Shown here in pieces: positions 28,294 to 37,007 of a DNA stretch of 64,000 nt. The notes beneath the pieces were generated by a model. The model was not told where the DNA came from. It searched no databases and was given only the letters and a program-made list of their open reading frames with translations. The DNA is taken from assembly GCA_045587485.1 (NCBI GenBank), contig JAZNCI010000080.1:18336-82335 (forward strand), read 5' to 3'. The DNA is from Clostridia bacterium (GTDB lineage Bacteria > Bacillota > Clostridia > Monoglobales > Monoglobaceae). The position numbers and the translations under genes are program-made. Positions within the stretch are counted from its first letter, which is position 1, and the number at the start of each line of letters is the position of its first letter.

Positions 28294-29193
28294 TTAGGGT
28301 TTTGAGAAGGAAATTTCATTTATACCTTCGGCAGTTATGTCAAAGGTAATATTTCCATCTGTGTCGGTGCGGTATACTGTGATGTCTTCGTTGTTCAGAG
28401 TGTCAAGAGTTTCATAATGAGGATGTCCATATGAATTATCCTTGCCAACCGATATTATGGCATATGTGGGGTCCGCGGCTTGAAGAAATACCTTGGAGGA
28501 CGATGTGGATGAACCGTGATGAGAAACCTTCAAAACATCACATTCAATATCGAAGCCTTTGACCATCTCCTTTTCAACACGGGCTTCTATATCGCCAGTT
28601 ATAAGAAACGAGGTTGTTCCGTAGCTTATATGCAGAACAAGAGAGCTGTTGTTGTGAAAGTTATTACCCTTGCTACCGCCCGGAAATGGGTGAAGAACTT
28701 TAATTGAAAGACCTTCGCAATCGGTCTCTATGGCATCACCCGAGGAAACATACTGTATATTTGTGCCGTTATTATTGGCGGCGCGTTCAAGATGTTTCTT
28801 TGAAGTATCGGTGTCGTCGTAATCAGGCAAAATAAGAGTTTTTACACCGCCGTCTTCGGTAAGTGACTGTATGCCGCCCATATGGTCGCTGTGATAGTGT
28901 GTGACAATGGCTGCATCAACTGACTTGATACCTTGCTTGTGAAGAAAAGGAGCAAGGTGGGTTTCATAGGTATCATATTCGCCGCCGTCAATCAGCAGAT
29001 TTTCGCCATTTGGTGTGTGGATAAGGGTAGCATCACCTTGTTCAACATCAATAAAAACAACTTGAAGGTTTTCTGTGGCGGTTGTAGTGCTTTCTGGAAA
29101 AGTTGTAGTGGCAAAAGCTGCGAGGATAAGCGCAATAACAGAAAGAATATAAAATTGAAGTTTCTTTTTTGAGAACATAAGAATATTCTTCAT
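28294..29193 (-). CDS. ComEC/Rec2-related metallo-beta-lactamase domain protein (MBL domain only, N-terminal membrane anchor)
   Basis: VVFIDVEQGDATLI and THYHSDHMGG motifs are present. At 299 aa it lacks the competence-channel domain. Confidence 0.8.
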   Translation of the reverse strand: MKNILMFSKKKLQFYILSVIALILAAFATTTFPESTTTATENLQVVFIDVEQGDATLIHTPNGENLLIDGGEYDTYETHLAPFLHKQGIKSVDAAIVTHYHSDHMGGIQSLTEDGGVKTLILPDYDDTDTSKKHLERAANNNGTNIQYVSSGDAIETDCEGLSIKVLHPFPGGSKGNNFHNNSSLVLHISYGTTSFLITGDIEARVEKEMVKGFDIECDVLKVSHHGSSTSSSKVFLQAADPTYAIISVGKDNSYGHPHYETLDTLNNEDITVYRTDTDGNITFDITAEGINEISFSKP

Positions 29194-29273
29194 TATTTAT
29201 GCCTCCATAGAAGTATTTGAATAGATATATAAGATAAAAGGACTGCCGTATAAGCAGCCCTTATGTTTTTACA

Positions 29274-29954
29274 TCAGAAAATTCGTCTGCCGCATACAAG
29301 GCGGAGTGAATAATTTCCGTTTACTATACTTTCGTATTTTACAACATCACCTGTCTGTGGTGAGTGAATCATCATACCGTTGCCGGCGTATATGCCAACG
29401 TGATTAACATAACCGCTGCGGTTAGTAAAGCCAACTATGTCACCGGGCTGAAGATTGTTTGATGCAACCCAGGTGCCGTTTGTCATCTGGTCGGCAGCAA
29501 CACGATTAAGGGTGACACCCAACTGTTTATATATGAAATATACAAAACCGCTGCAGTCAAAGCCGCTGGGCCCTGAACCGCCGTATACATAAGGTGTGCC
29601 AAGGTACTTTTTTGCCAGCTCTACAACAGCCTGTCCCTTTGAAGAAACAGCGTCGGAGCGGCTGGGCATCTGACCTTGCATAATATTGATATATTGCGTC
29701 GAAACATAACCCGTTATGCCGTTATATGTAACATTAGCCCAGCCAGTGCTGATGCTTTTTATTGACACTGTGTGTCCGTTTGGAATTTGTGCCAGAACAG
29801 AAGAAGATGTGGTGGCCGACTTGCGAAGATTAAGCAAAGATGCCGTCACTATTCCGTATGATGGGCCGTCTGCCGCAAATGCGGTAAAGGATGCCGCTGA
29901 TATAAGTATAACAAAAGCGAGTGTAATCGCCAAAAGTCTTTTTAAATTTAACAA
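29274..29954 (-). CDS. Secreted SH3b + NlpC/P60 (C40) peptidoglycan endopeptidase
   Basis: Signal peptide, then an SH3b region (GIVTASLLNLRKSATTSS...), then the C40 core YVYGGSGPSGFDCSGFV...HVGIY. TTG start 8 nt after GGAGGT. Confidence 0.88.
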   Translation of the reverse strand: MLNLKRLLAITLAFVILISAASFTAFAADGPSYGIVTASLLNLRKSATTSSSVLAQIPNGHTVSIKSISTGWANVTYNGITGYVSTQYINIMQGQMPSRSDAVSSKGQAVVELAKKYLGTPYVYGGSGPSGFDCSGFVYFIYKQLGVTLNRVAADQMTNGTWVASNNLQPGDIVGFTNRSGYVNHVGIYAGNGMMIHSPQTGDVVKYESIVNGNYSLRLVCGRRIF

Positions 29955-30223
29955 AATATTACCTCCAGATTAATTGCAAAAAACTGCGTTATTCCTTTCT
30001 GTCTCTCCCTTCATAGTAGATTTTTGGTTGTTGCAAATGAGCAACAAAAACATAAATACATACTTAGTATACATTAAAAATGTATTTTTGTCAACCGCAT
30101 TAACAAAATTGTTTCAATTATATTACAATTTAATTACAAAAATCTGGTAAAAGTAAAAATATACGATTAAAGTATTGACAAAAGAAGACTTTTATGTTAT
30201 TTTAGCAGTAATTAAATAAAAAT

Positions 30224-30500
30224 GCGTTGAAGGAGAGTGCCCCAAGGGTAGGCTTTAGAGAGAAACGGCGGTTGGTGCAAGCCGTAAAAGCTGAATTTGT
30301 GAGCTGTAGCTCCCGAGCAGGAAGGAAGAACACCGGATTATTCGGCAAGTAGAACCTTTCCGTGTCTGCTACGTTAGTGCATAGGGTCTGATTTTGGGAC
30401 CTGAAGGGGCGTTATTGTAAAGGATAACGCAATTTGAGTGGTACCGCGGGTAAATTACTCGTCTCAAAGAATTTCAAATCTTTGAGACTTTTTTATTTTC
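30224..30500 (+). promoter_or_regulatory. T-box riboswitch leader (tRNA-sensing transcription attenuator)
   Basis: Stem I elements: K-turn GA motifs, AG bulge AGAGAGA (30257-30263), distal loop GGTTGGTGCAA (30270-30280). There is a stem II/IIA-B-like GGCAAGTAGAAC. The T-box sequence is AATTTGAGTGGTACCGCGGG (30431-30450). The terminator is GTCTCAAAGA...TCTTTGAGAC (30461-30488) plus a T-run. A possible promoter is TTGACA 30175-30180. Confidence 0.85.
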
Positions 30501-30526
30501 TCAAAGATAAATTTGGAGGGAAAAAT

Positions 30527-32809
30527 ATGAATGAAGAAACAATGACAGGTCTTGATTTTAAAATCAGCGAGGTTGCAACCAGAATCAAGGAACTCCGTCA
30601 CATTAGCGGAATTTCAAAAGAAACTATGGCAAAGCTTACGGGCGTATCCCGCGAAGAATATGCTGCCTGCGAAGAAGGCAAGCACGATTTGAGCTTTGCT
30701 TTTATTTATCGATGTGCGCTTGCCTTTAAGGTGGGAGTAACAGATATCATTGAAGGTGTCAGCTCTACCCTTAAATCTCACGTTGTTACAAGGTGCGGGG
30801 AGGGGACAAAGATTGACGAGGCTCACGGAATGACATATTACAATTTGGCATCGGCTTTTAAGGGAAGAGTTTCAGAGCCTTTGTATGTCGAATGTAAGTA
30901 TGACCCTGAGGCAGAGCAAAATGACATTGATCTTGCAACTCATACGGGTCAGGAACTTGACATTGTGCTGAGTGGTGTGCTGAAGGTTCAAATTGGTTCT
31001 CACACCGAAATCCTCCGTCAGGGCGACACAATATATTACGACAGTTCAACTCCTCATGGTATGATTGCCATTGAAGGACAGGACGCTGTGTTTTATGCAA
31101 TCGTTCTCAAGGGGACAGAACTTGAAAAGACTGAAAAATCGGTTCTGAAATCTAATTATAAGCCACACAGAGAATATAAGAGAGTATACCACGACTTTAT
31201 TGATACAGTTGAAGACGAAAACGGTTCACTTGTTTCAATTAGCTTCAAAAACGAGGATAAATTCAATTTTGCCTTTGATGTTGTTGACGAAATAGCACGT
31301 CGCAAGCCTGAGAAACTGGCAATGCTTTATGTTTCAAAGAACCATGAAGAAAAGCGCTTTACATTTACAGACTTTATGAAGGAATCTGCACGTTGCGCAA
31401 ATTATTTTGAGTCTTTGGGTATCAAAAAAGGCGATAAGGTTATGATGGTTCTCAAGCGTCACTATCAGTTCTGGATTGCAACACTTGCACTTCAGAAAAT
31501 TGGCGCAGTTTCAATTCCTGCAAGCTTTTTACTTCAGGAGCACGACTATGAATACCGCTATGAAGCTGCAGGTGTTTCGGCAATTTTGTGTACAGCAGAC
31601 GATGACATTGCTGACCGTGCTGAAGCGGGTTCAAAAAATGCAACAACCCTGAGAGAAAAGATTATTGTGGGTGGTTCAAAGGACGGGTGGCGTAACTTTG
31701 ACGAGGAATATAAGACCTTCCCCGACGTATACGAACGCAAAACGGATTTACCCTGCGGTGATGATGATATGCTTCTTTATTTCACATCAGGAACAACAGG
31801 CAACCCCAAAATGGCTCTTCACAGCTTCAAATATCCTCTGGGACACTTCCACACAGCAAACTACTGGCATTGTGTTGACCCCGAGGGTCTGCACTTGACA
31901 ATTTCGGATACAGGCTGGGCAAAAGCTGCGTGGGGCAAGATTTACGGACAATGGCTTTGCGAGGCAGCACTCTTTGTTTATGATTTTGACAAATTTGATG
32001 CGGCAGATATATTGCCTATGTTTGAGAAATACAAAATTACAACCTTCTGTGCTCCCCCTACGATGTACAGAATGCTGATGAAAGAGGATATTTCAAAATA
32101 CGATATGTCATCTGTCCAGCACGCAACAACTGCCGGTGAAGCCCTGAACCCTGAAGTGTTCAAGCAGATTGAAAAGCTGACAGGTCTCAAGATTATGGAA
32201 GGCTTTGGTCAGACCGAAACCACCTGCCTTATCGGTAATCTCTATGGCAAAGAATACAAAATGGGTGCAATGGGTAAGCCCGTTCCTCTTTATGACGTGG
32301 ACATTGTTGACCCTGATGGCAACAGCGTTGGTGTTGGTGAAAATGGTGAAATCGTTATCAGAACTTCGGAGCGTGTACCGTGCGGGTTGTTCAAAGGCTA
32401 TTACCGCGACGAAGAAAAGACCGCAGAGGTATGGCACGACGGAATTTATCACACAGGCGACGTTGCTTATAAAGACGAAGACGGTTTCTATTTCTATGTA
32501 AGCCGAATTGACGACGTTATCAAGTCTTCGGGCTACCGTATCGGACCTTTCGAGATTGAAAGCGTTATTATGGAGCTGCCCTACGTTGTGGAATGCGGTG
32601 TATCAGCCGCTCCTGATGAAATACGCGGGCAGGTTGTCAAGGCAAGCATTGTTCTTACAAAGGATACTGTTCCCAGCGAAGAGCTAAAAAAGGAAATCCA
32701 GAGCTATGTAAAAGAGCATACTGCACCTTACAAGTATCCAAGAATTGTGGAATTCAGGGACGAGCTCCCAAAGACCACAAGCGGTAAGATAATAAGAGCA
32801 AAACTCTAA
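30527..32809 (+). CDS. Fusion protein: XRE-type HTH + cupin domain + AMP-forming acyl-CoA synthetase (medium-chain ACS-like)
   Basis: ATG 30527 follows GGAGGG. The track start at 30434 lies inside the T-box terminator region. The HTH is ISKETMAKLTGVSREEYAACEEGK. The cupin is ATHTGQELDIVLSGVLKV...TPHGM. Adenylation motifs are FTSGTTGNPKMA, YHTGDVAYKDEDGFYFYVSRIDDVIKSSGYRIGPFEIES and PKTTSGKIIR. Confidence 0.85.
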   Translation: MNEETMTGLDFKISEVATRIKELRHISGISKETMAKLTGVSREEYAACEEGKHDLSFAFIYRCALAFKVGVTDIIEGVSSTLKSHVVTRCGEGTKIDEAHGMTYYNLASAFKGRVSEPLYVECKYDPEAEQNDIDLATHTGQELDIVLSGVLKVQIGSHTEILRQGDTIYYDSSTPHGMIAIEGQDAVFYAIVLKGTELEKTEKSVLKSNYKPHREYKRVYHDFIDTVEDENGSLVSISFKNEDKFNFAFDVVDEIARRKPEKLAMLYVSKNHEEKRFTFTDFMKESARCANYFESLGIKKGDKVMMVLKRHYQFWIATLALQKIGAVSIPASFLLQEHDYEYRYEAAGVSAILCTADDDIADRAEAGSKNATTLREKIIVGGSKDGWRNFDEEYKTFPDVYERKTDLPCGDDDMLLYFTSGTTGNPKMALHSFKYPLGHFHTANYWHCVDPEGLHLTISDTGWAKAAWGKIYGQWLCEAALFVYDFDKFDAADILPMFEKYKITTFCAPPTMYRMLMKEDISKYDMSSVQHATTAGEALNPEVFKQIEKLTGLKIMEGFGQTETTCLIGNLYGKEYKMGAMGKPVPLYDVDIVDPDGNSVGVGENGEIVIRTSERVPCGLFKGYYRDEEKTAEVWHDGIYHTGDVAYKDEDGFYFYVSRIDDVIKSSGYRIGPFEIESVIMELPYVVECGVSAAPDEIRGQVVKASIVLTKDTVPSEELKKEIQSYVKEHTAPYKYPRIVEFRDELPKTTSGKIIRAKL

Positions 32810-32821
32810 TAGTTATATACA

Positions 32822-32855
32822 AAAGCCGGCACAGATTTTTCTGTGCCGGCTTTTG
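32822..32855. terminator. Bidirectional terminator after the acyl-CoA ligase fusion gene
   Basis: AAAAGCCGGCACAG-ATTTTT-CTGTGCCGGCTTTT. Confidence 0.8.
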
Positions 32856-32902
32856 CTCATTTTGTAAAATAGTTTAAAGGTACGATTGTGCAATTTTAGG
32901 CA

Positions 32903-32960
32903 CGTCCCTAGTTCTTTAGTTCTTAATTTTCGTCCCTAGTTCTTACGTCCCTAGTTCTTA
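32903..32960. repeat. Short direct repeats: three copies of CGTCCCTAGTTCTT(A), plus an extra TAGTTCTTA
   Basis: Copies lie at 32903-32916, 32931-32945 and 32946-32960. The last one contains the trx stop codon (32958-32960). Confidence 0.8.
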
Positions 32961-33275
32961 GTTATTTTGCAACAAATTTAAAACCTCGCCTGCGGACATT
33001 GCTCCAACATGGCGTTCTGTCTCAGCTCCGTTCTTAAAAAGAATTATGGTGGGAATTGAGGCGACGTGATATTCCATAGCAACAGCTTCTGCCTCGTCAA
33101 CGTTTAGCTTGGCAATTATTGCGGCGTCACCAATTTTTTCAGCAACCTTATCAAGAATAGAAGCAAACATCTTGCATGGCATACACCACTCTGCAAAAAA
33201 GTCTACAAGAACAGGCTTGTCGGTGTTTTCAATGGTTGATTTAAAATTTTCAGCGGTCAAATGTAAGATACTCAT
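32958..33275 (-). CDS. trxA: Thioredoxin with a WCMPC active site
   Basis: 105 aa. VLVDFFAEWCMPCKM is a thioredoxin fold in which Met replaces the canonical Gly of WCGPC. Confidence 0.85.
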   Translation of the reverse strand: MSILHLTAENFKSTIENTDKPVLVDFFAEWCMPCKMFASILDKVAEKIGDAAIIAKLNVDEAEAVAMEYHVASIPTIILFKNGAETERHVGAMSAGEVLNLLQNN

Positions 33276-33324
33276 TGTTACATCTCCTTTTCGTTAGTGT
33301 TTTCTTTTTTAAAGAATATATTCG

Positions 33325-34080
33325 TTAAATTTCTATTTCAAGTGATACGGGGCAATGGTCAGAGCCCAAAATATTTGTGTGGATGTCGGCGACTTTGATG
33401 CTGTCCTTAATAGTATCAGATGTCAGAAAATAGTCAATACGCCATCCTGCATTCTTTTCACGGGCTTTAAAACGGTAACTCCACCATGAATAAACATCTG
33501 TTCTGTCGGGATAAAGATAACGAAAGCTGTCACAAAATCCGTTTTCTAACAGCTGGGTCATTTTTTCCCGTTCTTCATCCGTAAAGCCTGCATTACGCCG
33601 GTTGGTTTTTGGGTTTTTAAGGTCAATTTCTTTATGTGCAACATTTAAATCGCCACAAAGAATAACAGGTTTTTTCTTGTCAAGTGAAATAAGATAGTTT
33701 CGAAAGGCATCCTCCCATTCAATACGATAGTCAAGCCGTGCAAGCTCGTTTTGAGAGTTGGGGGTATAGCAGGTGACAAAACAGAATTTATCAAATTCTA
33801 GTGTGATAACCCTGCCCTCGTGGTCGTGTTTGTCGATGCCAATGCCATAACAGACCGAGGTGGGTTTGATGCGCGTAAAAACAGCTGTGCCCGAATAACC
33901 TTTTTTGTCTGCGCTGTTCCAATACTGATAATATCCGTCGGTGAGGACTTCTGCCTGTCCTTGCTGCATTTTGGTCTCCTGCAGAGCAAAAATGTCTGCA
34001 TCGAAATTTTTAAATATATCAACAAAGCCTTTTTCAAGACAGGCACGCAAGCCGTTTACGTTCCAGGAAACAAATTTCAT
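33325..34080 (-). CDS. xth: Exodeoxyribonuclease III
   Basis: MKFVSWNVNGLRA...LQETK...GSDHCPV is the typical ExoIII/AP endonuclease pattern. Confidence 0.92.
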   Translation of the reverse strand: MKFVSWNVNGLRACLEKGFVDIFKNFDADIFALQETKMQQGQAEVLTDGYYQYWNSADKKGYSGTAVFTRIKPTSVCYGIGIDKHDHEGRVITLEFDKFCFVTCYTPNSQNELARLDYRIEWEDAFRNYLISLDKKKPVILCGDLNVAHKEIDLKNPKTNRRNAGFTDEEREKMTQLLENGFCDSFRYLYPDRTDVYSWWSYRFKAREKNAGWRIDYFLTSDTIKDSIKVADIHTNILGSDHCPVSLEIEI

Positions 34081-34242
34081 AGTTATTCTCCTTTTGTTGT
34101 TAAATATAAATTTAATATATATTATTTATTTGTAAAAGTCAATTAAAAAAGACAGAACGGAAAATTTGATGTGAATTCCAGAAGTTAGACACTTTTGGAG
34201 GTGCATATCAATTATCCATCCTGTCTTTTTAATAAGCAGATA

Positions 34243-36453
34243 CTAAGCTGCATTTTCGTTATGAGTGGGGTCTTCAGGGGCATTTTGTGGAGTGACAGGC
34301 TCCTGAAAAGTATTGGGGTCAGGAACAGCAATTTCTTCAATGTGCTCGCCTTCAGCGGTTTCGCCTGTATTTTCTTCCTCAATGCCTTCGGGGAGATGCT
34401 TGGACTTACAGGGTTCCTTCGGTGTATTGCCGGATACAAACCAGAATCCCGTTACGGCCTCACCGCAGTGCTCGCCCGGGAGCAGGCCTGTTTCGCTGCA
34501 ATAGCTTACATATTTCACACCCGACGGTGCAGATGGCGTTATTGGCTTTTTGTCCTTGTTGATTTCGGTCATAATTTTGTTCCAAACCATAACGCTGGGG
34601 CTTGAAGGGGTAGGCTTGGGATTGTCATAGCCATACCATACAGCACCAACATAATACGGGGTGAAACCTACAAACCAACGGTCGTGGTAATCTGAACTGG
34701 TACCGGTTTTACCTGCGGTATACATTCCTGAGCTTAGACGGGCACCGGCACCTGTGCCTGAGGTTGCAACCTCGTTAAGCATACGACTCATAACATAAGC
34801 AGCCTCTTCACTCATAGCGATGCTTTGTTGCGGTTTGTTTGAAAGCAAAATGTTGCCGCTTGAGTCTGTAACTGACGTAAAGGTATACGGCTTTGAATAT
34901 ATACCCCGGTTAACAAAGGGGGTGTATGCAGCCGTCATTTCAACGACAGAGATGCCGTGAGTAAGACCACCCAAAGCTAACTGTGAGTAACCTATATCAT
35001 CTTTGACAAGAGATGTAATACCAAGCCGTTTTGTCAGGAAACTATAAGAGGTATCTGCCCCAAGCTTGTCCAGAACCTGGACGGGTATGGTGTTATATGA
35101 CCTTCTGACTGCTTCACGCATTGAGACATTACCGCGGAACTTGTTGTCAATGTTGTGGGGAGTCCATCCGCCATATGAAATAGCCTTGTCATTGTAAATA
35201 TCTGCCGGAGTGATAATTCCGTTTTCGAGTGCCGGAGCATAAACCGAAATAGGTTTGATTGATGAACCGGGCTGACGCAAGGTTTGTGTAGCGCGGTTAA
35301 GAACAAGATTTCCGCTCTTTTTACCTACACCGCCTATAAGACCTTTAACCTCGCCTGTGGATGGGTCAATGACAGCCATTGCAGCCTGAGCAGGGTCTTC
35401 GCCCGTTGAATTTGGGAAATTATCTGTATTTTCAAATACCTTCTGCATTGCAGCCTGAACATTGGGGTCAATGGTTGCAACAATTTTGAGTCCGCCGGAA
35501 TATAACATTTTTTTTGCAATATTTTCAGAATATCCAAGCCCCTCAAGAGAGTCAAGAACATCATATACAATCTGGTCTACAAAATATGAATGAATTGTTC
35601 CTGTTGAAAGAGTACTTTCATCAAATTCGGCAAACGCAAGCTCGTATGCTACAGCATCGTCGTGTTCATCTTGCGTGATATATCCAAGCTCAAGCATTTT
35701 GCCAAGAACAAGCTCCTGCTTTTCTTTGTTGTTTTCAGGATTAAGCAAAGGGTCATAAAGGCTGGGATATTGAGTTATACCAGCTATAGATGCACACTCT
35801 GCCAGATTGAGCTCGCTGACGGGTTTGCCGAAAAATTTCTGCGAAGCAGACTGAACGCCGTTGCAGCCTTGTGACAGGTATATGGAGTTTAGATAAAGCT
35901 CAAGAATTTCGTCTTTTGAAATTTGTTTTTCGAGATTGACAGCGCGTGAGATTTCCTGAATTTTGCGTGCAGCCGTGCGGTCGGTATTTCGGGTAATGTT
36001 TTTTACAAGCTGCTGTGTTATTGTGCTACCGCCGAAGGTGGTGGGCTGACCGGTAAACTTGTTTTTTATAAACACAAATAATGCCTTGGTGGTTCGCTTG
36101 ATGTCAAAGCCGCTGTGAGAATAAAAACGCTCGTCTTCGATGGATACAATAGCATCTTTCATATCCTGAGGAATATCCTTGAAATCCACCCAAACACGGT
36201 TCTGTTCGGCAGAAAGGGTTGTCAGTGGACGTTCTTTGCCTTCGCTGTCAATGTAAACGACCTGGGTAGAGCTGTTATTGATAATCGTTTCTATATCCAA
36301 GCTCTCCATCCCACCAAAGAAACCAAGAATTGTCCCGAGCATAATAAGGATTGCAAAAAACAATCCTGCGGCTACAGTGATTGAAAAGACCTTAAGGAAT
36401 ACCTTTTTATAGGGACTCGCCTGAGGTGTTTTTTTTCGTGAAACTTTTTTCAA
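34243..36453 (-). CDS. Class A penicillin-binding protein (PBP1A-type transglycosylase/transpeptidase)
   Basis: The GT51 motif is IVSIEDERFYSHSGFD. The TPase motifs are SSIKP, SYN and KTGT. The probable start is TTG 36453, 8 nt after AAAGGAG. The track's ATG at 36531 has no RBS. Confidence 0.88.
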   Translation of the reverse strand: MKKVSRKKTPQASPYKKVFLKVFSITVAAGLFFAILIMLGTILGFFGGMESLDIETIINNSSTQVVYIDSEGKERPLTTLSAEQNRVWVDFKDIPQDMKDAIVSIEDERFYSHSGFDIKRTTKALFVFIKNKFTGQPTTFGGSTITQQLVKNITRNTDRTAARKIQEISRAVNLEKQISKDEILELYLNSIYLSQGCNGVQSASQKFFGKPVSELNLAECASIAGITQYPSLYDPLLNPENNKEKQELVLGKMLELGYITQDEHDDAVAYELAFAEFDESTLSTGTIHSYFVDQIVYDVLDSLEGLGYSENIAKKMLYSGGLKIVATIDPNVQAAMQKVFENTDNFPNSTGEDPAQAAMAVIDPSTGEVKGLIGGVGKKSGNLVLNRATQTLRQPGSSIKPISVYAPALENGIITPADIYNDKAISYGGWTPHNIDNKFRGNVSMREAVRRSYNTIPVQVLDKLGADTSYSFLTKRLGITSLVKDDIGYSQLALGGLTHGISVVEMTAAYTPFVNRGIYSKPYTFTSVTDSSGNILLSNKPQQSIAMSEEAAYVMSRMLNEVATSGTGAGARLSSGMYTAGKTGTSSDYHDRWFVGFTPYYVGAVWYGYDNPKPTPSSPSVMVWNKIMTEINKDKKPITPSAPSGVKYVSYCSETGLLPGEHCGEAVTGFWFVSGNTPKEPCKSKHLPEGIEEENTGETAEGEHIEEIAVPDPNTFQEPVTPQNAPEDPTHNENAA

Positions 36454-36558
36454 ACAAAACACTCCTTTTTGTCTTGGTATAAAGACAGTAATGCTGAAGT
36501 ACAGGTATAAAAATTTTGTAAATGTAAACAATCAACAAAAACGTATGTTGCACAGGGG

Positions 36559-37005
36559 TTGTCCTGCACATACAGAGAAAGGTTGATAAAAGATATGCTC
36601 AAAACAACATTCAAAGTTATAATGCTGTTTGTTCTCCTCGCGTTTGTGGCGGTTGCTTCGGGACTTGCCACATATACTGTCACCAGAAATATGGTGGAAG
36701 AACAGCTTGCTCAGGCTCACGAAACCTCTTCGCCTCAACAAATAACAGAAATACAGCAAGCGGAAACGGCAAGTCATTCACAAAGCAAAGATGCACGGGC
36801 CCAGCAAGACGAATACTATTTTGTTCGTCTGGAAGGTGACACCTTAGAGGTTTATATTGCACATTCAGGCAAGGAAGAGTTTTTATATAATCGCAAGGTT
36901 TATAAAAACGACCTGTCCGAGAGTGATTTGGAAATGCTCCATAGTGGGGTAATGCTGGAGAGCGCCTCCGAGCTTACGGCGTTTATAGAGAATTTTACCA
37001 GTTAG
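36559..37005 (+). CDS. Hypothetical membrane-anchored protein
   Basis: It has a single N-terminal TM (VIMLFVLLAFVAVASGLA) and a C-terminal globular part. I recognise no family. The start may be the internal ATG at 36595. Confidence 0.5.
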   Translation: MSCTYRERLIKDMLKTTFKVIMLFVLLAFVAVASGLATYTVTRNMVEEQLAQAHETSSPQQITEIQQAETASHSQSKDARAQQDEYYFVRLEGDTLEVYIAHSGKEEFLYNRKVYKNDLSESDLEMLHSGVMLESASELTAFIENFTS

Positions 37006-37007
37006 AC

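Noticed and set aside
29955-30100. Possible c-di-AMP (ydaO-type) riboswitch upstream of the NlpC/P60 gene
   Set aside because: This gene class often carries one, so I read the minus-strand leader. It is AT-rich with only one small hairpin (TTGTTGC...GCAACAA). It has none of the conserved ydaO G/C-rich cores.
30434-30526. N-terminal extension of the acyl-CoA ligase ORF (MSGTAGKLLVSKNF...)
   Set aside because: It begins inside the T-box sequence and reads through the terminator hairpin and U-run. The ATG at 30527 has a GGAGGG RBS.
32903-32960. Whether the short repeats form a CRISPR array
   Set aside because: The repeats are only 14-15 bp. Two are directly tandem with no spacers, and no cas genes lie nearby.
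34170-34199. IS3-like inverted repeat (GAAGTTAGACACTTTTGG)
   Set aside because: It shares only ~9 nt (AAGTTAGAC) with the IR at 23818. There is no transposase remnant or second end nearby, so it is probably chance.
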